Made by a program: the position numbers and the translations under genes. Shown in pieces: positions 1 through 12,601 of a DNA stretch of 64,000 nt. Under the pieces are notes generated by a model that was not told the origin of the DNA, ran no database searches, and saw only the letters and a program-made list of their open reading frames with translations. Numbering within the stretch: position 1 is the stretch's first letter; each line of letters starts with the position of its first letter. The DNA lies in NCBI GenBank assembly GCA_009103225.1, contig RHPI01002048.1, positions 105,712 through 169,711 on the forward strand. Direction: 5' to 3'. The DNA is from Chlorokybus atmophyticus. Its lineage: Eukaryota > Plantae > Mesostigma and Chlorokybus algae.

Positions 1-872
1 AATGTTATGCCAAGCGCACAACAAAACACCCACAGCACAACGTTACTCTTAAAATATCATCACTTTTGTATCTGGCCTACAGGGGCTCCACTCTACTCCA
101 CGTGAATGCAAGTGCGTGGGTAGGGCAGGACATGGCAAGCAGAGGGGAGCAGCGGGCTTGACCTGCAGCAGAGCAGAGCAATGAGCTGGCGTGGTGGGCT
201 TGATGGTTAGGCGTGCATGCAGTGCTTGTGGTTATTGAAACTAGCAATAGGGGTCCTATAGCAACAGACACTACCATTGCCAATTAACCATTAGTCGGTC
301 ACAATTGGTGGTTGAAGCAATACGACAGTGCAAACTTCATATCGCGTTGGGAAATGCATCATTGGCAAGAATGCTACGCTTATATATGTGTGGTGTGTGT
401 CAGTAAAATAGCCATACAAGTACAAAGTCAAGCAATAGGCGTGCCATAACCCTAACCACATCATTTGCATGATATACCGAACGAAGTTGCCATGAGCAAC
501 TTGTTAAGTGGGATTGGCGGTTCGAACCCTACTTTATTTATCAGCTTTATTCTCGTTGCGGCCATTGCAACTACCATTGCGGTGGTGGGCACGCAAAAGT
601 CACTAAAAAAGGAGCGCAAACTTTGCGCTTTAAGTCCGACATGCCAAACTTTCAAGATCTCAAAGATGAAGTGCTGAAAGAGTATCCGTCGCAATATGTT
701 TTCCCTGCCGGCCGACTAAATATTGGCAATGGCCGTGCACCTGAGGACGCTAATTTAGACTGTCGTGGCTCAGGCCACCTGTAATCTTGATACAGGGACC
801 TAATAGTAACTTTCGTTACTGTAAGGCCCTTTTTGTTACAATTTAGTTTTTAACAGTTGACTTTGCCTAACT

Positions 873-1075
873 AACAGGCGCCTGTTAGTTACCTATCAGG
901 CTTTATCAGGTGACTTTATAGAATAAACAGGCACCTGTTAGTCACACACCAGGCCTTAACAAATGACTTTCTGTAATTTACAGGCAACTGTTAGTTACAC
1001 ATCAGGCCTTGTTAGGTGACTACGATTAATCAACGGGCACCTGTAAGTTACACATCAGTCTTACCTAGGTGACTC
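873..1075. repeat. Four degenerate 53-bp tandem units with a palindromic core
   Basis: Units start at 873, 926, 979 and 1032 (exact 53-bp period). The core AACAGGCGCCTGTT is a perfect palindrome in unit 1, followed by AGTTAC..ATCAGGC..GGTGACT and a variable 10-13 nt tail. Confidence 0.85.
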
Positions 1076-1639
1076 AGCCTATGTGACACCCTCCTTGAGT
1101 CAACACCCTCGTAAATGATCAAAACAACAATGCAATAATTACCGCCCGTTAATGTAACAATGCGTGAGCAAAAGCGCTTGTTGCAGCTTTAGTATGTCAG
1201 TATTAACTTAATAATTGAGTATTACTATAATACTTGCAAGATTGTAGCAAAACAGAGGTGACCGGCTGTTTATCACCAATTACGTTTTTTTAAAAAGGTT
1301 ACAAAGCCAGCTAGCCAGAGTTACTGATGGCTGAAGAGGATCAATCCTCAATCCTTGTTTAACAAGTTAGTATAAGTTAGTACAGCCGCGGCGCAGGAAA
1401 ATGAAAGAGTTCATAGGCGGCGCTGCAAGCAACGGCGCTAAGGTAAGTTGCATGTGCCATATGCAACTCTCAACTCTTGCGATGAGTACGAGTGACAACT
1501 CTTGCCGAGAGTTGGAAGTTGGGAGTATCCAAAAGTGAGTGCAAGAGAAGTAGAATGTAAAAGCATATAAGAATTGCTGATGTTTAAGATTTCCTTAAGC
1601 TTCTTATTTTGCTAGCCGATAATTGTACTATGATTGTTA

Positions 1640-3100
1640 TTGCTTTGATGCAACTTAGGTAACATGTTATGATGAATGTACTCGACTTAATGTTAATGCT
1701 CTCAGGAGAGCATTCCTTATGAGGTGTGCATTTATGGAAAAACACGCGTTGAGCTGATTGGCACATAAGTATGGCGGGCAATCCATTTAGCTACTCCTCA
1801 TGCAGCTGCGCAACGTGCTATAGTGTTTTCACTCGACTTGAGTGAAATCATTTGGTGCTCGGAGCACCATATTTAATTGGACAATATGTGCGCAATGAAT
1901 TTGGCACGTTTTGGTTGGCGTGTATTAATGTTATTGCAAGTTCAGTAGCCATAAAATGTTTAATATATATCATGTGTTATCTCATATGTATAATTGCCCA
2001 CTGGGTCATGCTGTGCTGCACTTTTAAAATGACTATGACATAATAATGAAATCATCGTGAAAGTGCTACATCATTAACATTATCAACAAACATCAACATT
2101 ACCAACTAATATCAACATTGCTTTTCTCGTGTTGGCCTTCAAGTCATGGTTTTGCTCATATATGGCACGAGTATGAGTCAATACTGCACAGTTTGCAACT
2201 CGCAGAGAAAAGAAGTACAATATTCAATAATATGTTTGCAACATATATTACGATTCTTGATACATCCATTATTTTTGTATTAATAATGGTATAGCAACCA
2301 TCCTAGTGCTACTTCGCGCTGGCTGGTGTAACGACGCTAGTTTTAAGTGGTTATGCATTTCTAATTAATGAACCAATGGGTTGATTGATGGTGGTTATCT
2401 TGTTAATGATTATTGTGGAGCTATGTTCACGTGTGCATGTGTACATAATAGGGACTTGCAACCGCGATTAGCTCACGTGACACCATATGCAAAGAATTCA
2501 CGGATGATGACGGAATCGTTTTAGCCAATAAATAACTCGAATAGCGAGGACAGCCCTGCTACCACTACCCCATGATGCGACATGGTGCCTAAGCAATCAT
2601 TGTTGTAAGACGGTAAAACCTACGCACTGAATATGAGATAAGAACTTAGATGGATGAACATTTGGTAATCACTTGTACCAAGTATTGCTGCCGGGATTTA
2701 CTCGTAGCGTGGGACTGTACTCGGACGTGTATTGCTATGAGAATCATTAAGGGTCATTATGATCATCATGATGTACCGCGAATAGTATGAACTCAAGACA
2801 GTACTATCGCGACGTTGAATATGCTTCGAGCGTTGCAGTGGGCAATAACTTGTTCATGATATCGCGAGAAGCAGCAGCTTGCATTTGCAAACCCACGATC
2901 ATGTAATCAACTCCTTGGTTGAATTATCACTAGGCTTTGACGGGCTCGTGAAGTCGCTCGGATATGACGATTGCCGCATGAAAAGCTACTAGAGATCAGG
3001 GTAAGCAAGGCTTGTGAAGGACAAAGTTAGAATTGGAGACCTTCTATGGACGCGGCTAATCCTTTCGCTAATTTGTACAAAAACAGTACTTGGCGTGAGT
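1640..3100 (+). pseudogene. Highly decayed Ty3/gypsy integrase-like remnants
   Basis: Stop-riddled frames give HGA*AIIV (~2581) and RMKSY...KVRIGDLLW (~2978-3050), resembling gypsy HG.P..IVSD and RMK..AD..R..F.VGD.V. A weaker LAHKYGGQSI*LLLM match lies near 1760. Confidence 0.3.
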
Positions 3101-4782
3101 TGTTGGTTCTCATCGTGTGTGGATGCTGTAGCCTCAACACTTTGGAGCAACCTTCTGCGTGCCAATCATGTAATTGAAAAATCTATGCGGTGAGGTAGGT
3201 GCTCCGTCCGCAAAGATACAGCAAATTAGGCTAAAGCCTAAGATGGGACTCGAATGGTAGTGACAAGCATAAACGAAATCACTACTTAAGTTCCGAGGTT
3301 TTAAGGGATCCGATACCTCTTGCGGTGTGTGTATGAAGCCTCGGTAGGAGGTTAGCGTACGACGGGTCTATTAGGTCAGAACCGAACAAACCGTAGCACC
3401 TAGTTTATTCGAAGGAGGATACCCCTAAGACTCTAGACGGGGAGGATTAAGCAAAGTCGCTGTTATCTTAAGTTTCCCCGTCCATCGAACCGTGGTAAAA
3501 ATCTCTGAGGCATTTGCTAGCTTTTTAAAAGCGCAAGCACTAAACTAGCGCGCTTCCCATGTCCACAGTAGGAATTAGCGATTTTTGCGGATTTGTGGAG
3601 ACACAGATATAAGCAAAAAAAGTCAGATTCCTCTAAGCGAGGTTGGGGGAGATAATTGGAACTTGAGTAGTAGGGTTCTTCATCTTCCTTGCCGTTCGCA
3701 CTGTTGTGTGGTGAAGCGCCTTCCCGCACTTAGAAAATTTAAGGGCGTAAGCCCTGCTTAAAATCAAGATTCATAGTTCATGAAACTTGAGTGAACTATT
3801 GTGAACCTAGTGAATCAATGGTTGAGTTGGTCGGTGAAGTATTTGTCGAAGTTGCGAAGTTGTAAATTTCGAGAATCGCCAAGTGTGACTCTTAGCAATT
3901 CTCGAAGTGAATTGTGCTAAGTCCGTGTAGACAATTACGGTCGAATTCACTGAGTGAAGCGCTTGGTAATCAAGAAAAACGGCCTCCGTTACATTGGACT
4001 CGGAGCTTGGTTTAATTTATAAGAACAAACACTCCTTCACGCTTCCACAGATACGGAATCATGCCCAAGCCGACGGCACCCCCGACCTTGAGCTCGAGGG
4101 AGGGGTTGATGAGATTCAACCGAAGACTGAACAGAGGATATGTTTGAAAAGGGGATACCTTGACTGATTTGGCAATAGACTGACGGCTGCAATCACTCGA
4201 AAATTCATTGAATCGTTTCATATCTAGTAAAACGTCTTCAACGAGCGAAGTCGTCTTCGGAAAATGTGGTTCCCCGCCCGATGATAATATGACAAAGCAA
4301 CCCCAACCAACGGCTTAGGCAGACACTTTGGAGGAGTCTTCCGAAACAAAGTCCGATAGTAGGGGCGAAGCGCCTATCCCACCGATGGCGTTGGTTGATG
4401 GACCCGGCGAGTCCTCTCGAGCGCTGAGAACCTTGGCCATGACAGATACCAAAAAGGGCCAGCTCACAAACGTGGAGTTAATCTCCTTACTTGCGAGTTC
4501 TAGTCTGCTGGATGTGAACAACCAAGCGTTGTTCAATCTGCTCATGAAGAGTCAGGAAAGCGGTTTCGCGCCTAGTTTGATGGGTTTTCTAGCGGCCAAA
4601 CAGGAGAGTGATGAGATGGTGTTATCACTCGGAATTCAGCTCTAAGATGTGTCTCAAGCACATGAGTTCTTGGAGAAAAAGGTAAAGACCACACGAAGGA
4701 GTGATGGCGGGCTGAGCCGGCTAATGAACACTCCCACATTCCGGTTTAAACCTCCCAAACATGCAATTGAGACCACACCGCC

Positions 4783-5132
4783 TGACGTCAAAGGACCATG
4801 AATGGTTTGTGCCTTGAGACCAGGATTTTCCCCTGCTCAGTGAGATTGGTGGACCATATCTGGTCCGGCTGTCATTGAAAGTCGGACCATGCATGCTCTT
4901 AAGTTCACGTGAACGGTTCCATATGTTTTTGGGGTCTCACCATGTATGGTGCGCGATTCCACCGAGTTGTATGGACCATGTGTGGTCCAAATTAATCATG
5001 TAAACATGGAAGGTCCATGCATGTGTAATCACGTGTGGACCATGTATGGTGCAAATTCTACATGTAATTGTGGACCAAGGTTGGTCCATGCATGTGAGTG
5101 AATATGCACACGGACCCGACCAGATCTGGTCC
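4783..5132. repeat. Array of GGACCA-N4-TGGTCC palindromic boxes (transposon subterminal-repeat-like)
   Basis: Boxes at 4851-4866, 4973-4988, 5072-5087 and 5118-5132, plus half-sites. The reverse complement of 4783-5030 aligns colinearly with 49345-49616. Confidence 0.8.
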
Positions 5133-5239
5133 GCAGATCATTACACATGTGCAAGAAGACCGTAGACAGGAATGCATATATCAATATCAGATACAATCAG
5201 CTAAAGTAAACACAATGCTCTACGCCTATCAAGGCTATC

Positions 5240-6760
5240 TACATTGCAACCTCATCCTCCAAACTCCAAGCTTGTGTCATCATTTGACTTGCTGGGCCTG
5301 CGCACATGTTGGTGTTACAGTGCAGGACTCTATGCATGTGTGCGCGTGCGTGCGTGCGCACGCGCATGCGTCTGCAGAGCTGTGCATTGGTGTGCAACTG
5401 TACATGCATGCGCGTTCGTGTGCGCATGCATGCGTGCGTCTGCAGACCTGTGCATGGAGTAAGTCCGAGGTGACAGGGCCTAGTAGAGAGTGCAGTCCTC
5501 CCGCCACTATGTAAAGCTTCCGCACATTCGCACATAGTAGCTGACACATATGCACACTAAGAAACACACACAGACAATACACAAGTACCTGCCACAGCAT
5601 GACGGCCACCCCTCACGCCATAAGAAGTTTTGAAGGCTACACCATGGCTCAGCGGCTTGGCGCAGGGCCTGCACGCACGTTTACATGCGTTATTGTGCGC
5701 CGCACACAATGACAGTCGGACTGATAATGCAAGTGTATGCGTGTGCGTGCGCAAGGGTGCTTTATGGTACCTTGTGGTGCGTACCTCACAGGCAGCTGTC
5801 ACATGCTAAAGGTACCCAGTCTTTCTTCTTCCCTTGCCCAAGTGCTGCTACACCTTGAGCTAGTGGGCAGGGCCTGCATGTGTGCGTGTGAATGCACATG
5901 CGCTTATGTGAGCATGCGCGTGCCTTTGTGTTTCTGTGTGTTATGAGCTTGTCACAGTGCATGCGTACACGCTTGCGTGTAACCTGAGCACGCTTGAGCT
6001 TGGGACAACTGTCAGTTACTTATCTGAGCAAGCATGTGCGCGACTGTCAGCAGCCAACAGTCCTCGTTTTGACAGCCCTCGGCGGCCAAGGGCTGTCAAA
6101 AGAACAGCACAGGGCTGTTGCAAGGACAGCCCTTCCCACAGCCCTCAGCTGGTGGAAGGACTGTCCTTCCAACAGCCCGTCAACCTCGACGGCCCTCGAC
6201 TGTCAAGGACAGCCAAGGGCTGTCAAGGACGCGCGTGTTGTGGTTGTTGGTGGTCATGTGCACAGTACTCCATGCTAGGCACTCCCACAACACACTCACG
6301 CACTCTGACGCGCAGACGCGCACAAGTACCCTACGCATACACACACACACACGCACCTGTTGATGTTGCTGTGACCGACAGTCCAGCAAAGGGAGACCAC
6401 ACACTAGTGCGCGTTAATGTGCCCTTCAACAGCAGCCCGGCTGTCCTTGAAGGGCAGAAGCGCCACGCGTGGATGCAGAGTGTATATTGCAGCGCCTGCA
6501 CGTGCTTGCAAGTGTGTGCCACTGTCAAAATGAGTGCATGCACGTGCGTGTGTGCCTGAATTGCGTGTACATGTGCGTGCACGCCTTGCATAGCCCCACT
6601 GTGGCTGGTGCAGAGCCTGCGCCCGTGTGTACCGTATCATAGTGACTACATAGAATTTCAGCAACTGCTGACATGCATAGGCTTTCCAACAATGCATGTG
6701 TACGCACCGGCGCACGCGAGCATGTCAACAGAGGCTAGGTGTGTTCTATTGCAGCGCATA
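5240..6760. repeat. Low-complexity alternating purine/pyrimidine (GT/GC/CA) tract with GACAGCCC/GGGCTGTC inverted boxes
   Basis: 5331-5371 is 41 nt of perfect RY alternation. Clustered gacagccc/gggctgtc motifs occur at 6070-6230. Confidence 0.75.
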
Positions 6761-7079
6761 CATGCGCAAATGTCAGACAAAGGGCAGGGCAGACCTGTGC
6801 GCGCACCTTGCTGGATGGTTGATGCACGACATCCTCGGACTGTTAATTCTTAACAGGTCGAGAGACACCTGGCATGGCTCTCGACCAACAGTCCCGGACT
6901 GCTGGTCGAGAGCTGCATTGCAAGTGAGCTGTCGAGGAAGGGCCTGATGAAGGCTTTAATCGCGATGTTCTCATACAAATATAACTTCAACAAATGTATG
7001 AGAGAATGTACACATGTGTAGTGACAAGGCTATCAATCATGTGATGTGATGCATAAAACAATGCATGAAGACCTGCAAA

Positions 7080-7470
7080 GGTAACAGATCGCAACTCTGC
7101 TCCTCATGCCACGCTTTTTGAGTTCACGGAAGTACTCTCACCTCGTCAAGTGAAATTTGTGTCAAGATTTGTGTCTACTTGCTACGCGCCAACTATCCAC
7201 AATGACTATAGCACAATTTGATTGAGCACATATAGCCGCATTGAAATGCATTCGACAATTGAAACATGGTTGCAACCGATGGTTTTCAGCTATATTTGTT
7301 TGGATCCAAACCTTTACAATCGAGTTGTCACAGAATGACTGCAAGGTTTTCAGACTATCTATGCTGCAAGATCCTTGTATACTCATGGGAAATGATAGCT
7401 GGATGACCATTACAATTCGTATGTTGCAAAAAATCTCGCATCAACTATCACCAGCGAATATCACGGTGCA
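7080..7470 (-). pseudogene. Decayed gypsy integrase core fragment
   Basis: A minus frame reads YSLVIVDA...HFP*VYKDLAA*IV*..SHSVTTRL*RFGSK, which follows the integrase VVVD...F..V.KLHG.P.SIVSD..F.SHFW..LW..LGTK pattern. Confidence 0.3.
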
Positions 7471-7735
7471 AGTACACTGCAGTGTATGAAATACTCGCAA
7501 GTGGGTGTGTCGAGCAAGGCACAAGTCCGCATGCATAATAACGCAGGCTGGATGGGCGCAACAATGCCCTTCATACAAGTACATGGTATCTACCATGATT
7601 GCCAGCTAGCCTTATGCGCCAACACCCAGTCTCATGCACACAAGAGGCAAGCCAAACACATGCACGGTGCATACCTGAAGCAACCAGTCCAACAAGCAGT
7701 CCATGCCCTCAGTGCAGAGTTCTGCTTGCTAGTTC

Positions 7736-10700
7736 TCAAGTGACCCTGCCGCTAAGAATGCGAGAAGCTCTTACAATTACACGCGCAACTCTATGGACTT
7801 CATGTTGCACTGGTTTCCAGTCCCCGGTTGTCGCACTCTCTGTCACAGCGTCAGTGATGCCAGGGAACTCTGAGGAGCCGTAACTGTTGAACTGCGCGGG
7901 TGCGTACACCTGCAAGCGCACGACATGACCCTTAGCACTGTTGTCGCCACGACCAATGTAGTGTACACCTACAGCAATGGCATAACACCACAGCCTCTCA
8001 CGTGTTTCTGTTTCTGCTACAATCGCATGCACTTGCGCAAAGTGCCTGACACACACAAGCAATTGAGCTTCTCACCAGATGGCGGAACCACGGGCGCCCA
8101 GCCAGGCCATCAAAGTCGAGAAACCCTCGCTCCGCTAGCAGCAGTCTCTGATTAAGACAAGCCATGCGCTGTGCATGTTGGGCATCACGCTGTTGGGGTG
8201 CAGCCAACAGCAGCCTTAACTCAGCCTGCTCTCGCGATGCTGCTTCTGCAGCTTCATGTAGCTCTGACAATGCCAGGGTGATCGGCGACAGAGACACAGT
8301 GCTGAAGCCACTGGAGGTTCGCAACATGTCATGCAGCTTGCTTGTCTGCTCGGCAAGAACGAAAGCATAGTTCGTGAAGTTGAGCGGCAAAATGTGATCA
8401 TCAGCAAAGCGGAGCGCACTCATGCCCCACAATTGGGCCATGGCAACGTGCTTGTGAAACCCTGGATCGCCAAAAGTCGCCATCCAATGGTAGTCATCAT
8501 AGACGGAGTGATAAACAGGGAATTGCTCGTCTGCAGGAACGTCAAAGCCGGCATCGAACACGGGAATGCCAAGATGGTGAATGAAGGCACTGTGGTCTGC
8601 ACGCAGAGCATGATGTGAGTCACATGTGCACATGCCATGATATCACGCAAGTGCTGCATCAGGCGGTTTGGTCACGCTAATACCTGACCCGTCATCGCCA
8701 ACTCGCTCAAGTACAGGCAGAGACGACGCATTCCCTGCAGTCGCAGCCTGCCACCTGTTGCACACGTGACAGCTTCAAGTTACTACACATGCATGTGCTG
8801 ATTAGGTGATAGCCTGCAACATGGGCGTAAAAGGGCTACCTTGCATACAGGGTTCCATTAGTGGCAGGGTCCTTGATCTGTGCTGCAACAGAGTACAGCA
8901 AGTGGTCCAGCGTTGGACTGCTGGCGACACGCACTGCGTCTCCTGCAACTGCCATATCGACATTTAGGTACACGACAGCATTGCTGCTGAGGACGGCCTC
9001 ATTGTCTTCAGCCCACTCGACAGATCCAAGCAACCCCTGTTCTTCCCCGTCCCAGCTGCAACACATATCAACTGACCTTATAGTTTGTTTGAAATGCTGA
9101 TTGGGCATACTACAAGCTCATAACACTAGGTGTTACCTGCATAACAATATAGTTCGCCGTGGTTGCCATCCTGACTTGAGCAGCTGTCCGAACCCACGTG
9201 CAACCTCCAGCATAGTGGCTGTTACACAGGTGCTCACAGTGTGACATATGTGACACGGTACGCTCCTCCTTTGGCTCAAAACAAAACACAGCTGGACGTA
9301 CCTGTCCCGCTGTTTGGATCTGATGCGCCGTACACCCAGGCATCACGGTGGTTGCCAATGATAACAAACCTGCCAAGGAACCCATGCTTGAGTTGGTGCT
9401 GTGTGCGCAAGCCAGTCAATGCAGCTGCAACTGCACTTACTTGTTGGGCTCCTCACGACCAGGAATATGTGCAATCACGTTGTGTATGGCCGCCAGCTTG
9501 TTGTCCATTGCAAGCTGTAAGTGCACCTTCAATGGCCCTGACAGATCAGCTGTTATTGAAAGGATGCACTACTGGAAGCACAACAAAACTTGAAAGCAAC
9601 ACATGATATTTCGTCATTGCAGCGCTGGCAAGCAAAAGCTACAATGCCTGGGCCGAGCCTGTAGCCGGACTTCACAACCACTCCTCCTTGCCAGTCCTGC
9701 GGTGCTTCAGTACCACCCAGCACCTCGAGAAGCGGCTGCGCATCGCCATATGAGATGGGCAAGACTGGGATGGTGGGTAAGTTTGGCAGAGGAAGCTCCA
9801 ACCGCTCGCAACCCAGCGTGGAGGGCCAGCCCGGGGTGAAGGGGTCACCTGAGCCCTTGTAACATGTGCCTCGCTGCAGCGGAAATAATTACTTGAGTAA
9901 CGCTTCACTGACAGTCTGACACTCCACGGCCATGCATCATGCATGATACAATGTTGCTCAAGTGTTTATACCTGTACGCCTGAAGGTGGCAACCATCGCT
10001 GCCTGGGGTACACGTGCTCAGCATCTGTGCCGTGCGGTGCATAGTCGAGTGGATCTGAGTAAAGCAGGACTGCAGCTGCTCCCGCGTGTGCCGCATTGTC
10101 TACCTGGTTAATAGTAAGGTAGTGAATTCGTACCAGCCATGCAGACCATCAACCAAAAAATGAACTGTGCACTCCGAGTTCAGTTGATCGTACCTTGTTT
10201 GCTCGAAATATCTTGCCATAGCGTACAAGAACAATTAAGCCCTTTACGGAAACATTCAGTGTCTTCAGCTTGGCAAAGTCTTCCACGCGGCCATAATTTG
10301 CATAAACGACCTTCGAGATGACATCGCCTGCACTGCATGCACACGAGAGCTCACAACAATTCTCCTGCTCGTGCTCCCCGCACACAGCTATACACAAGGA
10401 CACCGTGCTCACCAGATGGGGAATAGCCAGCAAATGTGTCCACAACGCGGGGGTCGGCAGTCTGCGGATCCTCATTATATGCAGCCTCCTGCGCAAGCAT
10501 GTGTAGACACTTGTGACTCATCAATCTGTGCAAATGTAAGCTCACAACAGGTGGGTTATCATGGTGACTGCTGCTGCACATGCCCTGGATTCTAATTGCA
10601 CTAACAAGATTACACTGCCGACCTTGAGGATGGCATTGAAATGGTGAGGATACACTGCAGTGAGGGACCGCTTCAACGGATATGTTCCCAGTACATCGTA

Positions 10701-11513
10701 TGAAGTCAAGTGCGCGTCCAAGCCGTACTGCTCAAACTTCGACTTGACATACAGCGCACTACACAGCACCAGTCAGTACTGTTCTGAACTTGCGTTTGGC
10801 TTAGGGTTCACAATGCCATTACACTAGCTGGCTTGCTCACAATGCCTGCAAACGCAAGGCGGAGCCTGGATGCATGAACCAGAGAAACTGTCGCTTGTGA
10901 ACACTGTACTGTGCAGCAAGCTTGTAAGGCGTGCAACACTGCCGTATACTACAGCAAGCAACTGCTATTTTGTAGCCAGGTGCCTAGCGGCCCTACTTGC
11001 CTGTAGCAAAGAAGCTGCGTAGCATACACCAACACGGCAAGCATTAGTCTGCAGGAAGTACACTGTGTGACTGAAGACGAGTACGCCCTCATTCACCTAA
11101 CATGCAAATGTGCAATCACGCCGCGCGTACGTTCGGTGGTTGGCGGGTGTGCCAGCGAGGTGCGGTTCGCTGGTGAGTTCTTTAAGGTGCATGCTGGCGG
11201 AGGTGTTGTCGGGGACGGTCAGGAATTGCTCATGGAAAGGGTTGTCGCCTCCGCCGGACGCCTTGTGGCCACGCTTCTTGTCCAGCAGGACGCCCGCCAG
11301 CACGGAGAGGGCGGCGAGAGCGGCGACGAAGCAGAACGCCCTACATGCGGCGGCGACGGAGAACCCCAGCCAGGACGACTGGGAGGACGCGTCGCCCGGC
11401 AGAGGCGTCAGCGACGTCGTGAACATGCGCGAAGATGACGGCTCAGGGCTGAGCTCCACCTCCTCCTCCTCCAGCAACAGCGGCTCCCGCGCCGACGCTG
11501 ACCCTTCCGCCAT
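7736..11513 (-). CDS. AMP1-like: Glutamate carboxypeptidase II / peptidase M28B (AMP1/LAMP1-like), 13 exons
   Basis: Exons reconstructed from splice sites: 11513-11131, 10758-10623, 10487-10413, 10327-10194, 10103-9972, 9873-9648, 9537-9441, 9369-9302, 9218-9137, 9055-8840, 8754-8684, 8596-8076, 7909-7736. N-terminal TM; PA domain ([20 protein letters not shown]); Zn ligands [43 protein letters not shown]; TfR-like dimerisation domain ([23 protein letters not shown]). Confidence 0.95.
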
Positions 11514-12601
11514 CCCGCCGCTCACCGCATCCACCACGCCACTGCGCCCTAGTGCAGAAACGCAGCACTCCGCTCCGCCTCAGGTCAGCCCCAACGCCAA
11601 ACTCAATGCCCGCACGTGTAACTTCGCATCACTCAGTGACTCGCAAGTGACTTACACAGGCACTTGTACTCACACTCACAAGCACAGGCATAGGCATTCC
11701 AACCATACATGCACTACTACTGCCTGACTTGCTCCTTGAGTCCACCAATGTTCATGCAGCCCCCCCCTCCTTCAAGTAGAAGTGAGTCTCAAAGTACTCT
11801 CCATTGGTAAGTGACCAAGTTACCGACTTTTGTTCTCTCGTGTATTGAATATGAAAAGTATGTAATGAACGCGCACAGATTTAGTTAAATGGGAGCATTT
11901 GGATGATAAACTTGCATAGCCTATGCGGATTTACTATAGACTTGCAAATTTGCACTTATGTTTGATATCATTCATTAAATAATCATTCGTGTGAAGCATT
12001 TCAGTTTGGGTCTAATTAATGCAACCTAATGGTGTGGTTCTCATACGCTATTTGGTGTTGAGCGTAAAATGTTATACGATCAACACCCGAACGTGTATGC
12101 ACGGCAGATCCCGCGCAGGTCAGTATAGCCACATCATCACTTATGTACAAAAGGAGTATGCTACTGTGTAAGGCAAGTGAAAGGTTCAGGTTTTAAATCC
12201 TTTACCTATACAGCCGATTCAAGTTGACGATGTTATATAATGTATAATGCTGCTTTAATACTTAATTTCACAAAGGCGTTGTGTACCTCAACTAAAGTTA
12301 TGCGTCCCAACTTGCCATCCATCGTGGTTGCCGTACTGCAGCTGTGGTATAAGTCGTTCTACTTACACGTTATTCCAATCATATTAAGCATTTTTTCTAC
12401 ACCTATATGTACATGGTTGTGCTTTCTTGCACCAGCAACACCTGCAAGCTATACATCAAGGCTTTGAGTTTGCACAAGTAAGCGTTGTGCTACAGACATA
12501 ATACATTTAACGACTTGTTGGTATCAACGCCACATTTCCCTCCATTACACACGAAATGTTGCAAAGTTTACATAAAATGAATCACATTAATATTTTATAT
12601 T

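Noticed and set aside
873-1075. CRISPR-like array
   Set aside because: Eukaryotic context, degenerate repeats, variable parts of only 10-13 nt and no cas genes.
3000-3520. Organellar rRNA or intron insertion
   Set aside because: No recognisable rRNA, tRNA or group I/II core motif. The left part fits better as decayed gypsy sequence.
5098-6947. Many Cys/His/Ala-rich ORFs
   Set aside because: Products of GT/CA low-complexity sequence in all six frames, with no domain signal.
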